Shown piece by piece: positions 23,653 through 35,635 of a stretch of DNA of 64,000 nucleotides. Position 1 is the stretch's first letter; each line of letters opens with the position of its first letter. The notes under the pieces are model-generated. The model saw nothing but the letters and a program-made list of their open reading frames with translations. It was not told the DNA's origin and made no database searches. The position numbers and the translations under genes were made by a program. Source of the DNA: Azolla caroliniana (Eukaryota; Plantae; Polypodiophyta); contig JBHGNT010000010.1 in the NCBI GenBank assembly GCA_043228905.1, positions 11,842,001 through 11,906,000 of the forward strand, in the 5' to 3' direction.

Positions 23653-24736
23653 TGTTGCGAAGATCCGTCACTATGCGCGGATCGTGAGGCGGAACAACCG
23701 AGATTTTGGACTGGAAGTACTTGAAGCTGGCGCAAGCTTTAGCGAGAAAGTACTTAAGCTAGATTAAAAGAGAGAGAGAGCTTGAGATAGAATATAACGC
23801 TTGACTTTAGATTGAGAGAGATTAAGATTGAACTCTTGATTTTAGATTTTAAGAAACAAGTTACACGATCAATTCGATAACGAATTTTCTTCTTCTTAAT
23901 TTCATAACCAAAAAACCCTAACCCTTCTTCTTTTTCATCCCTTCTTTTATAGATGCTCTCATGCATATGATGCATGTGAGGGTACAAGACATGCATAAAA
24001 TGCATGTTTGCCATTTGGCGTTCATGTATTACATGTGGTGCATGATAACCATGTCACTCATTTTAGCTCTCATGTATGAGAATTTATATGTAAAAGTACA
24101 ATGATAGAAATATAAATTCAACTAAATGTCATGGCTTGGTGGTAAGCCTATTGACTTTTAACTAGGAGGTGCAAGGTTTGAATCCTCACTTGCCCTCCTT
24201 GTATATATATATGTGATATATATATTTATTTATTAATTTGGTTGCCGGATGCCATCAGATGCTACCGCCGCCACCGCTGGATGCCGGATACCGCATCGCC
24301 GGATCACCGGCTCCGTTGGATCTCGATACTGCCATTTACCGTCCAGTTCTGTTTTGGTTGGCCAAAACCTTTACGAGTGGCTAGGCCACCTCCACTTAAA
24401 ATCAACTTACCTTGAACTCTCTATGCTCCACACATAGACACAAAAATAATAACTTTTGCTCTACCTTATATATGGTGAGAGCCTTATTCGTCTTGTCTAT
24501 GTGGGATATCTCACAATTTTCTCTTTTTCTTTCGCAACTTCTTACCCACATAAATTGACACTTAGATGTCCGTTTCTTATGTAGTAAAGTGGATCTCTTC
24601 AAAAAATTTGTCTTTTGTACTAAGATATTAAACTTACTTAGAATTAGTATATTCACTATTATTTTTTTATATGATTGACACTTGATTTCATACGTCTTAT
24701 GTGATTTTCACACCATTCCCGAAAATCTTCAGGACA
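23653..24736 (-). repeat. Element B 5' LTR
   Basis: Homologous to F and G LTRs; RY cluster at ~23960-24050. Confidence 0.9.
24132..24185 (+). promoter_or_regulatory. tRNA-like A/B-box module in B LTR (antisense)
   Basis: TGGCTTGGTGG and GGTTTGAATCC, 43-nt spacing. Confidence 0.6.
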
Positions 24737-25981
24737 CCGGCGTGAGTCCTATAGGAGAGATCGGTGGCGGCAGGTGAATGTGACCAACAGAAGAGGACGG
24801 AAGAAAATGGCAAGTGGTGCTGCCGCGACCTTACACACACCGGTTCTAGATACTTCGGCGGTTGGCCCGATAGCTGGCGTGAGACCTAGAGTAAGGAACG
24901 ATGGCGGCGGCAAGGCGGGCAACTGAAGGCAGAAGAGGAGGTCCCGCGAAGATCCTCACACTGATCCGGAGGTCGGCCTGAATGCCGACATGAGTCCTAT
25001 AGGAAGGGATGGTGGCGACAGGTGAACGTGATCGGACGACAAAAAGCAAAGAGAAAGGAGATATGAGGCCGGCGAGGCGGCCACAAACTGGATACGAACC
25101 TGACCGGCAGAGTCGGCAAGACAAAGATCAAATGCGCTTGGTACATGAGTCGGTGACCTAACAAGACGGAGGCCCAAGAAGGATCCTTGACACCTGTCCG
25201 GAGACTCTAGCTGTTCGGCCGATGTGGCAATGTGAGACCGAGGGTAATGGAAGGTGGCCGCAAGGGGACGAAGGCGGCAATAGTAGAGGCACCGACCAGC
25301 CGAGGAGTTACATGAACGAAGGAGGCCATGCGGGTCGGGACGCGGCAAGGATGATATTCCGATAGGCTGTCGGGGACACCCGGTTAAGGAGCAGTGTGCC
25401 GAGCCGGAAAGAGCACACCCGAAAGCGGAACGGAAGACGTGCGTGTGGCCATCAAGGGCCATAACGAAGCACGAGTACGGGACGATGTTCAGCACAGGCG
25501 GTGCCGAACAAGGGAGGCGGAAGACGGCACACGGAGGTGCCAAAGCGGGAACACCGGCGCGGAGATAGGTTGCCGGTTCAGGTGATCTTGCATATAAGAC
25601 CAAGACGAAGGCGATGGAGGTCAGCGCGGGACGAGAACCGGGAAGACGCGAAGGTCGACGTAGGCCAAGCGGGCCATCACGGGTGCTCCTCGGATGGAGG
25701 AGACTGCGTAACCGAAGGAACGAGGGGCGTGCATGCGGTCAAGAGAAGGGTCAACGGGGAAGCACGCGCACTACGGGATCGCGGTAGGGACCTATCGACG
25801 GGTTGAGTGAGCCTACGATAAGGCAAGCGCGAGGAGGAACTGGAACCGGCGGTTCATATCGGCGAGGCCAACACGGCAACTGGAATGCGGATTACGGAAG
25901 ACCGGTTTCTCATTGGCCGGAATCTCTCCCCTTTTCTGAACTTGGCACGTACCGGTGGACGTGCGGTTTGGTGGGGGCGGA

Positions 25982-26749
25982 TGTCATGAAGAATTCCAGC
26001 TATAGTGTGAAACCGGGGTGGAATAGGGCGAGTCGGTGGTGTGCAACGTGTGCACATGTATAGTAAGAAACGATGTATAGAATATGGGGGAGTATTTATC
26101 CCACATTATAATGCATCCCTCTCCTTGTTCTATAAAAGGAAGGGAGCGCCTCTTGTGAAGGGGTTGCCCATTTTGAGTTAGGAGGGTATACCACTTAGGT
26201 CGAAGGTGTGTTAGTTCTTCTTCTTCTTACTTTAGAGTTCTTTGAGGTCTTCTTCTTTGTGTCTGTTTAGGGTTTTAGCCTGGTGAAGAGCTTGGATGTT
26301 CTGTGGGGGCTTGTTCTTCTTGGCCTCCTGTGCAAGACCCCGCTCGACGCGACGAGCCCAAGAGCTCCCCGATGGCGGCTTGGCAGAAGACTGCTGTTGT
26401 GACATAGCCTACCTCAGTCTGGCTCGGAGCCGAAGTTGTATCTTGCTCTTGTTTGTACATACATGTATATATATATATAGTGAAGTTTTGCGCATTTGTG
26501 TCTTCGTCGGTGTCTTTGGAGTTCCTTCTTTCTGGTTTCTGTACATAGGATTCGTGTGCCTAGTTAGTGTTGCATGCGAGCCCTTTTCCCTCTCTCATAC
26601 GGTCCCTGTATGTATCCGGAAACGCTCTAGTTGGTGTCTTGGCCGGTTGCGGGAAGAAGTGAGACTCGACCTTCCATACTCTGTCTCTCTCTCGTCTGAG
26701 ACCCCCGTGGTCCCGCCCCTTCTACACGCACGCGTGTAACAATGTGATA
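25982..26749 (+). repeat. Element A 3' LTR
   Basis: Follows the PPT; TATA ctataaaagg at ~26130; 3' part matches 1-168 with a mutated terminus. Confidence 0.85.
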
Positions 26750-27627
26750 ACGTGTTCCGCCATTTCTGCCAAAAGCGCAAACGGGCAGTAACCACGTCAG
26801 TGGAATGGCTACAAACCTCGTCCAATTGCCCTTGTAGGCAGCTGATAAGAAATCTAAATACCAATGAATTTGAAATTTGGCACTTAAAATCCCAAGTTTA
26901 ACATTCTTAAGAAAGAGAATTTTGAATCCATTAAGGGAAGAGCATAACATGTTAGCCACGAGAGAGACGTGAGTAAGTTATAATCTAGAACATGAAATAT
27001 AAGGAGAGCAAGAAACTTGCATCACTTTTCCTACAACTAATTCACCTACATGCAACTTCAAGTTTAATTCATGATTTGATTATACTAAACCTGATGTTTT
27101 CCCACGAGGCATGCCTATAAGACTTCATGTGTTGTAAATTGTCGTTGGACAATCTAAAGTATATCCAATGTCATGTGATAAAACTACACACAAACACAAG
27201 ATATATATGAAAGGCAAAGGAGAAGACACCTAATACATTCATGAATATGTTAGAAAGATTGATAATTGACTAGAAATTGAGTTACACTCATAGAGATGTA
27301 TATGTGAAAACCAACTTTCTATTACATATGAGAGGAGCTCACAATGGTAGTCCATACATGCGCTCACACCTTAAAGCTTAGATGGCATTTGGTCTAGTCG
27401 ATTAGAAAGTTGGTGGACACACATAATAGTCATAAAAACTCATAAGAGAAAGAGAGTGGATATTTATCTTCTCTGTTTGGTCTCACTGTCACATTAAATG
27501 TGCAATTTAGTTGATAATAGTGGGGATATTCTTTTTTTGTCAATTGACTTGTCATTTTCCCTAGATATAAGATAGTGATAGAGAGTACTTATCTTAAAGT
27601 TAATGCACATACTTAAAGACTAAAAAT

Positions 27628-28144
27628 CAGTTACAACGGTTTGTTTGGCTTAAGGGTGTCAAACTCAAACCATTAAAATTTTTGAAACTTAAACCAAATT
27701 GAATTGAAACATAAAACCATTCAAACCAACTGTGACAAATAATCCAAGCTAAAACCAAATGGTTTCAAAGATTTTTAAACCATTAAAATTGCGATTTTAT
27801 AGTTCAGTTTTTGTTTCCAACTTAGGTCAAAATTCATTTTTAAAATTTTTAATTTTTAATTAAAAAAACTGTTCAATATTTCAAAATTTATTTATTTATT
27901 CCTAAAGTGTCAAAAGTAGGCTTAAAAATTAAAAGGCTATTCAAAAAAACATCAAGTGTCAACCCAAAATAGTTAAACCATTTAAAGTGAAAAACATTAA
28001 GTTGATAAAAGGCTCAAAGCAAACCAAACCAAACTATTGACCCCCGAGCCAAACTGAATTGTTTACACAAACTTGATCTTGAGCTGAATTGAATCGAATC
28101 ATTTAAACCATTAAGTTGGTTTCAAACCAAATCGTTGTCGATTG
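27628..28144. mobile_element. Possible decayed MITE / DNA-transposon relic
   Basis: Imperfect inverted ends (cagttacaacggtttg...caaatcgttgtcgattg), AAACC(A/G) subterminal repeats; interrupts a ~39-bp tatcttaaagttaatg repeat; no TSD seen. Confidence 0.35.
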
Positions 28145-29119
28145 CCATCAAAGTATCTTAAAGTTAATGGCTCATACTTAAAGATGAAGAACTTATCTTA
28201 AAGTCAATGGCACATAACTTTCCAACAAAGAATATTTTTCTAATCGACATGACCAATCAACCCATTGACTACTTCGCTCTTGCTTGAATACATTTTGCCC
28301 TACTCATCTACGGTTTCCCACATTTACACTTCGTCGACCCAAATGATTGGGTTGTACAATAACTACTCATTTGGGGTGCTATCACAAAAGGTGCACTCTA
28401 AGAATACATGTGGGGATAGAGTGACAACTTTTGGTTAATCATGGATTATATCTAATACAATAATCATTCTTAATGTACAAGATAGAAGTTAGCTCTATAC
28501 ATAGGATAATGGAGCATGGATAAGCAAAGAGAAATGCACTCTCTTCATTATACACTTGAGGATGACCCTACCTCCACATTGAATTCTATTTTAATTACTT
28601 TGTTCTAAGATCCTTGTTGTTGGATCAAAACATGTAGAACAACATACTAACTTCTAGTTTAAAATCATGTTTAAGCAAAATTGCTTTTCTTTCTCAAAAA
28701 TATAATCCCCTTTTCCTCATATAATGTTTATTATCAAAGAAATTCTTGTTAGTTCTCACTTGTTCCCTCATATGTAAGTTGGCCTTCCCCTTATTGTGTA
28801 TCACATCTGCACTATATTAATTAATGTTGCCTCAAAGTCCACTATATGTATGATCCATCATTTTGTTTTCTTCTCTATCTCGAGACCCCGTGTTTGTAAT
28901 TCTATGATTTCGTTTAGTTGGAGAAATGTTATTGTGGTCATCAGTTAAAATAATAAACAATTTGCAACACTACTACCTAAGGGACATGTATAATCATACC
29001 CTTTCTCACAAAAAGGTGATGCTAACTACAACGTTCAATGTCACTTATATATTTTCGGTCATTTCTATATTGAAATGTTACACTAAACATTGGGGTAAAC
29101 AATCTGTCATTTCTATATT

Positions 29120-29617
29120 TAACGTGCACATCATGCTCGTCTTTAGTCTTGGAGTACATCAGTATATCAGATTCTAGATAAATGATGGTAAATATGTCCA
29201 AGTAGTCTTTCAAAATATCATTGTACATATATTGAAAACCTTTATAGCATTCATGAGACCAAGAAACATAATAGTGTATTCAAAATGTTCATATCAAGTG
29301 CGGAATGCGGTCTTCCTATCATCGCCAGAATGAATATGAACCAAACTATAGACACCTAAAATATCTAGTTTTGTGAAGTATTTAGCTCCACTCAAGCGTT
29401 CCAAATGGGTTGACATTAGAGGCAAGGTATGTTGATTTCAAATTGTGACTTTGTTTAAGCCTCGATTATCTATGACAAAGCAAAGCTACCCATCTTTCTT
29501 CTCAACAAGAAGATTGTGCACCAACAAAAGATTTGGAATATTGAAAGAATCCATTTGCCAAATTCTCTCTAGTATATGTTGAAGATCATTAAGCTTTGAT
29601 GGTGATAGGTTATAAAT
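29120..29617 (-). pseudogene. Old chromovirus-type (Tcn1-like) Gypsy RT fragment
   Basis: Degraded IYNLS...ENLANGF, KTAFRT.YEHFEYT and IYLESDILMYSKTKDEHDVHV; distinct from the Trp-PBS clade RT. Confidence 0.7.
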
Positions 29618-29644
29618 CCTCATTATTCTTTGAAAAGAATAAGA

Positions 29645-30118
29645 TGTGGAAGCTTGTACATAGACGTAGACGGCTCAACCAGATTGTAGCAAAAGTTAGG
29701 TAAACACAAAGGATGGAGAATACACAGTATTAGAGAGAGAGACAAAGAGAGAAAAACATCAAAAAACTGAATTCAAAATAATGGTTCTCTATACATATGA
29801 CTGTTCTTAGTGACCACTTTTATACAAACCTTGACAACGGGCTGTCACAAGTATCGTCAGTACTTGAATGCTCATAATTGAGCCCGACACTAACTTGGCC
29901 CATCATATTCCTATTTACTAGCATTGGAATGTAGGCCCCCTAACATTATGACTATCAAAATATTCCTAATACTAAGATTAGGAATATAGACCCTAACGAC
30001 CTATGAGCCTTATCTTAGGCTACCCAACTGTTGGCTTATTCAACCGACTTCCTTAACCGACTCGGATCATGTCAGCTTCTTCAGCCAATCTGGCTCATGT
30101 TAAGCTTGTCTCTCAACA
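29645..30118 (-). repeat. Copia 3' LTR
   Basis: Minus strand TGTTGAG...TTCCACA right after the PPT; TATA at ~29820; CT-rich U5. Confidence 0.7.
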
Positions 30119-30672
30119 CTCCCCCTCAAGCTCAACTTGAGTTTCCTCCTGCTTAGCCGGTTCTTCGCTCTGGCCTCTCCTCGTTTCACGCCTTCTTGCT
30201 TGTGCTCCACGACCCATGATATCCCACACTCCTCGACCTGTTCGAGCGACTTGTCTGTTGCTAAGGACTTTGTCGACTTCCTTCTTGCCTCTATGACTTC
30301 GGCGCCCCTCGATCCATCAACTCTCCTGCCTTGACATTCTTTTCGGCTACCTTCTCATCCATCTAGTTTTTATGCGCCTCGGTTCTTGCGAACCACTTCC
30401 TTTGACCAAGTCAGCCGTCTCCAACTTGTCTTCTTGTAGGCCTTTGACCACATCTGATCATGTCCTAGTCTTGAACTTTTTGTTTCTGTTGGCTCTGCCA
30501 CCTGTCTTGCCTCTTTCGATTCGGTCTCCCCCTTGTTTGATTGGCTCTGGTTCAAGCTCGTCCTTTTGATAGCTCCCCCTGCATCTGTCCTCGGCTTCTT
30601 TAGTCGTTTTGAAATCGAATTCTTCATCCGATTTGGGTCCTTAGACTTCATCTCTACCGGTACTTCTCCCCC

Positions 30673-31227
30673 TCAAGTTCGGCATGTCGAGGTGCTGCAA
30701 ACCAAACACATTCGAAATTGTCGTAACTTGTCTAGGCCGACAGGTTTGGTGAAGATATCGGTAGTCAGCCGATCCGTCGGAACGTACACAAGTTCCACCT
30801 CACTGGAGAGAACTCTCTCCATGACAAAATGGTAGTGCACCTCATTGTGCTTGGTTCGGGTGTGGAAAACGAGGTTCTTAGCTAGCTGGATGCTGCTGAG
30901 GTTGTCACAATAGATCATTGTCGGATCGTCAACCTCCATCCACAGATCCTTTAGTAACCACTTGAGCCATATGGCTTTGCATGTAGCGACAACCGTTCCT
31001 CTATATTCGACCTCCGTGCTTGACAATGCAACTATCGGCAGCTTTTTACTACTCTAGGTGATTGCGACGCTTCTAAATGAGAACGCAAACCCTAATGTAG
31101 ACCTATGATCGCCGACATTTCCGGCCCAGTCAACATCTGTGTCGCCGACTAATTGTCTGGCTACACCTACCTGATACAACAACCCATGATACTTTGTGCT
31201 AGTCACATATCGCATGATTCGATGCGC
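30673..31227 (-). pseudogene. pol: Copia RT end and RNase H
   Basis: SSTEVEY, IYCDNLSSIQLAKNLVFHTRTKH, DIFTK. Confidence 0.9.
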
Positions 31228-32634
31228 TGTCGTGAATATCCGTCACTAGGCGCGGATCATGAGGCGGAACCACCGGGGTTTTGGACCGAAAGGATTCGAA
31301 ATTTGCATTAACTTTAGCGAGAAAGTATTTAAGATAGATTAAAAGAGAGAGAGATTTAAACGCTTGACTTTGGGTCGAGAGAGATTGATATGGCGTGAGA
31401 GAGATAGAGAGAGATTAAGATTGGACCCTTGACTTTAGATTTAAGAAACAAGATACACCATCAATTGGAGAACGAATTTTCTCTTCTTAATTTCTTGATT
31501 AATACTTTAATACTTTTTTTTTTCCTACTACTCTTTTATAGATGCCCCCATGCATATGATGCATGTGAGGGTACAAGACATGCATAAAATGCATGTTTGC
31601 CATTTGGCGCTCATGCATTACATGTGGTGCATGATAACCATGTCACTCGTTTAAGCTCTCATATGAGAATTTCCATGTCAAGCTATAATGATAAAAATAT
31701 AATCCCTAACGAAATGATTTGGCTTAGTGGTAAGCTTATTGCTTCCTATCTTGGAGGCGCGAAGTTCGAGTCTTGCTTACACCTTTTTCTTTTATGCACA
31801 AAATATTGTTAGGCTTTTGAACCAAATATATTTAAGACACCATGCACCGTGATCAACCGACTCGACGGATCCGTCCGATTTGCATTTGTTTGGTCCGGCC
31901 CAGTCCGCATCCCGAGTCGCTTGCCGGTCACCTGACGGTTCTACCACCGTCGCCGGTTGCCGCCGGTTTTGGTTGGCCAAAACCTTTACAAGTACCGCGA
32001 TCTACCAACTCAACTGATTCGTCCAATTTGCATCCATTTGGTCCGGCCTAGTCCACATCCCGAGTCGCTTGCCGGGATCAACCTTTACAAGTACCGAGAT
32101 CTTTAAGACACCATGCACCGCAATCAACCGACTCGACCGATCCGTCCGATTTGCATACGTTTGGTTCGGCCCAGTCCGCATCCCAAGTCGCATGCCGGTC
32201 ACTGGACGGTTCCGCCACCATCGCAGGTTGCCGCCGGTTTTGGTTGGTACAAGTAGTTAGGACACACCCACTCATCCAATTAGCTTAGTTCAAGTCACCT
32301 TGACCTCTCTATGCTCCACACATAGACATGAAGATAATAGGTTTTGGTCTGCCTTATATATGGTGAGATCTTTATTTGTCCTGTCTATGTGGGATATCTC
32401 ATAGTTTTATCTTTCTCTTTTCCTTTGCAAACTTTCTACCCACATAACTTCTTAGATGTTTGTTTCTTATGTAGTAAACTGCATTTGAAAGCTCTTGAAA
32501 GACCTCCATCTTTTTGTACTAAGATATTAAACTTATTTAAAACAGTATTTTCACTATTATTGTTTTATATGATTCATACTCGATTTCGTATGTTTTATGC
32601 GATTTTCACACCATTGTCGAAAATCTTCACGACA
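31228..32634 (-). repeat. F left LTR with an internal duplication near 31830-32200
   Basis: Direct repeat of 40912-42199; A/B-box module 31720-31773 (TGGCTTAGTGG, AGTTCGAGTCT). Confidence 0.88.
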
Positions 32635-32772
32635 GCGCGCATTGAAGGTGATCGGTAGTCAACTATGACATAAACTGACTTATTAGAACAACCGGATAAA
32701 TGAGGTCCGGTCAGGTGTTGGTTAGGTAGATGAGGCTTCCGACAATCAGTTAGAACCGTGTCGGCTCACACC
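32635..32772 (-). other. Duplicate of the Copia flank at 42200-~42337
   Basis: The same ~140 bp of Copia RT follows both F LTRs. Confidence 0.85.
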
Positions 32773-33027
32773 CCTTATTTGTCCTTTCTATGTGGGATAT
32801 CTCACAGTTTTATCTTTCTCTTTTCCTTTGCAAACTTCCTACCCACATAACTTGAGACTTAGATGTCCATTTGTTATGTAGTAAAGTGCATTCGAAAGCT
32901 CTTGAAGACCTCCATCTTTTTGTACTAAGATATTAAACTGATTTAAAATAGTATTTTAACTATTATTGTTTTATATGATTCATACTCAATTTCATATGTT
33001 TTATGTGATTTTCACACCATTGCCGAA
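32773..33027 (-). repeat. Partial third LTR (U3 start) lacking its terminus and PPT
   Basis: Matches ~32370-32620 with diagnostic differences; fused to 3' UTR ccgcatgtcctccggtacg. Confidence 0.75.
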
Positions 33028-33132
33028 CCGCATGTCCTCCGGTACGTTCCAAGAAGAGAGAATGTGAGATTTCGGCAATGGTGATCAACATGATTCCTCA
33101 ACGTCGAACATGTTTGTTTCTTTGTACTCGAA

Positions 33133-33840
33133 TCATTGTTGCCACCAAATCCACCATATCATTCGTTTTTTCTTTGCTTTACCATGACTTGTTGTCATGG
33201 TCCCTTGCTCTCTTCTTGAGGATAATCGTTTAAGTCTCATGAATGTTCCACCTTGATCTCGATCGTCTCCTTGCTCAAGGCACTTTGACTCGTTCACAGT
33301 AGTGTCTTTGATAGATGTTTTGATCACATCCTTCGGATCCTCATGGCTTGCTTGGCCATCGCCATCTCTTGTCATATTTTGCTCAAACTCTTTGTTGCAC
33401 ATATCAACTTTAACCCTTGCTTCTTCCCCATCACTATCCTTCTCTTGGGTCTTACATCGGTTAATGCCCAAGTCTCTAGAACGAGTGTGGAGGGACCCAT
33501 ACATTTCCATCGTTCACCTTTTTTGTGCTGCACTTAGCCATTTCCATCTTAAAGTTGCTCGAATCAACATTGACCTTTGCTTCCTCGCCGCTAGCTTCTG
33601 TCTCTTGGGTCTTACATCGGTTAATGCCCAAGTCTCTAGAACTAGTGCGGGGAAAAGCTCTTCATGGCCATTCACCATTTTCGCCTTGATGTCATTTTCC
33701 ATAGCTATTCCTTCAAACTCATGGGCCTCGTACCCATCGATCCTTTTTATTGAGCAGTCCTTTATTATGCTTCTCTCTTCGCCGCATGTATTAGTTTCAA
33801 CCTTCAGTTCTTCGCCATCACCTCCTGTCTCTTGGGTCTT
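33133..33840 (-). pseudogene. F gag-extension region with repeated ETWALTDVRPKR-type motif
   Basis: Motif tctcttgggtcttacatcggttaatgcccaagtctctagaac recurs near 33441, 33601, 33826, 38551, 38680 and 38921. Confidence 0.55.
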
Positions 33841-34529
33841 TTTTTTTTCCATAAAAAATATGCTCCATTGGTATTAAAATTAACAATGCCAAAGGCAATG
33901 TACAAATTGTACATAATAGTTTCCACTCCATAAGTATATATCGTAAAAAAAGGGACCAAATAATGATGGCATTTGTTATGGCCTCTAAAAAACATCATGT
34001 TGCAGCCAACATTGGCTGAATGTGATTCCACATATACTAAAGCTCTTTAGTATACCCATATTCAACCTATAAACAAATTCCTGCGGTCCAAGTGAATACA
34101 TATCTTGGTGGTAATCATGGCTAGTAGTCTAAAAACTCCATGTTTGCATTTGGTTCCGCATGTACTAAAGTTGTTCACCAACACCTGGTTGTCCAATAGC
34201 TGTTCCCGTTCCTTGGCCTTTAATTTTCCCTTGTGAATGTCCTTTTGTACCACTTAGGTAATACAAAACTGCTCTCTCCAATCAAGCCATTGAGGTAATC
34301 TGCTACTTCTTGGTCGTAGTCTTCTTCAAGCTGACTTTCCAAGCTCATAAATCTGTCCAACCTCTTGTATCTTTGTCTGTCTTTTCCCATGCAAGATTGA
34401 ACCTTCCTCGGCTGTTGCCGTTGAAAACACAACACCAAAACAGTCCCTGCAGCACCTGTCACTTTGAAGCAACCATGATAATCTCTACCAACTCAGAACA
34501 GCCATACATTGATTAGACCATAATCTCAT

Positions 34530-35635
34530 CACAACCATTCTTCATTTAACCCACATCAGTCATGTCTCCGATTAACGTCATTGCCCAAAAACCCCAAAAA
34601 TCTGCGCTAAGAATAAAATCCGTCTAAAAATTCCTCACCCACTCGTGATGATTGGCTTCGACCCTCCCCACCATCTTCACTCATCCTCACCACAAATATT
34701 TCTTCCTTTAGTCGACATCAGCCATCTCACCGATTAACCTGGTTCCAATGTCCACGCATATCCTGTATAATCAACAAAAACTTAGGTTAAAACATGTCCT
34801 CACCCACTCCTGCACATTGGCTTCGACCCTCCCCACCATCTTCACTCATCCTTAACACAATAATTCTTCATTCAGTCGACATCAGCCATCTCACCAAATA
34901 CCACGGTGGCAATGTCCACGCATATCCTGTATTGATCAACACAAAATTAATGTAAACATTTCCTCACCCACTCGTTATAGTCGGCTTCACCCTCCCCACC
35001 ATCTTCACTCATCCTTAACACAGAAATTCTTCATATAGTCGACATCAGCCATCTCACCAATTAACACGGTGGCAATGTCCACGCATATCCTGTATTGATC
35101 AACACAAAATTAGTGTAAACATTTTCTCACCCACTCGTTATAGTCGGCTTCACCCTCCCCACCATCTTCACTCAACCTTATCACTTTCACACAGAAAATT
35201 TCTTCGTTCAATCCACATCAACCGTCTAGCCAATTATCGTCATGACCAATGTCCACGAAAAAACCTATATCAATAACAAAACAGTTAATCTCAAAGTTTC
35301 CTCACTCATGATAGACGGCTTCGACCCCCCCGCCATCTTCCCTCATCCTTATCACAAAACAAGAAATTCTTCATTCAGTCCACGTCAGCCCTCTTGCCGA
35401 TTAACATCTTGCACTGTTGACGAAAAACCTGTATTAAAAACAAAAATTAGTGTAAAAATTCCCCACCCACTCACGATTGTCGACTATGACCCCGCCACCA
35501 TACCCCATCCTTTTCTCTTACACATTCTTCCTTCTTTCCACATCAGCCCTCTCGTCGATTAGCTTGTTGCCAATGTCCGTGGAAAACCTGTATTTACAAC
35601 ACAAAAACAGTTTACACTTTCCTCACGCACTCATC
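34530..35635 (-). repeat. Tandem array of about seven diverged 162-170-bp units in the LINE 3' region
   Basis: Recurring blocks ttcttc...cacatcagcc, aatgtccacg, cctgtat, ttcctcacccactc and ggcttcgaccctccccaccatcttcactcatcc; units start near 34530, 34691, 34856, 35018, 35190, 35358 and 35521. Confidence 0.88.

Larger units (their letters stand above)
2531..24736 (-). mobile_element. Element B: full-length decayed Ty3/Gypsy LTR retrotransposon nested in A
   Basis: LTRs 2531-2824 and 23653-24736, PBS 23627-23644, PPT 2825-2840, order gag-PR-RT-RH-INT, TSD ccag/ccgg. Confidence 0.92.
1..26749 (+). mobile_element. Element A: non-autonomous gag-only Ty3/Gypsy LTR retrotransposon (5' LTR cut by window edge); host of nested B, C, E and D
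   Basis: LTR end ...cacgaca at 168, PBS at 173, decayed gag, PPT ggtttggtgggggcgga at ~25965-25981, and 3' LTR 25982-26749 whose last ~170 bp match 1-168. No pol remains once the insert 2531-24736 is removed. Confidence 0.85.

Noticed and set aside
26266-26273. Single TTTAGGG in the A LTR
   Set aside because: One unit only; expected by chance or as a telo-box.
26750-29100. Possible host gene in the AT-rich interval
   Set aside because: No substantial ORF or credible exon structure; looks like old decayed repeats.
31720-31790. LTR tRNA-like modules as true tRNA genes
   Set aside because: No acceptor stem or consistent 7-nt anticodon loop; reported as promoter-like modules instead.
34530-35635. 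CRISPR-like array next to a reverse transcriptase
   Set aside because: Units are homologous along their whole length, with no unique spacers and no cas genes; the RT is a LINE ORF2 with TSD and poly(A).
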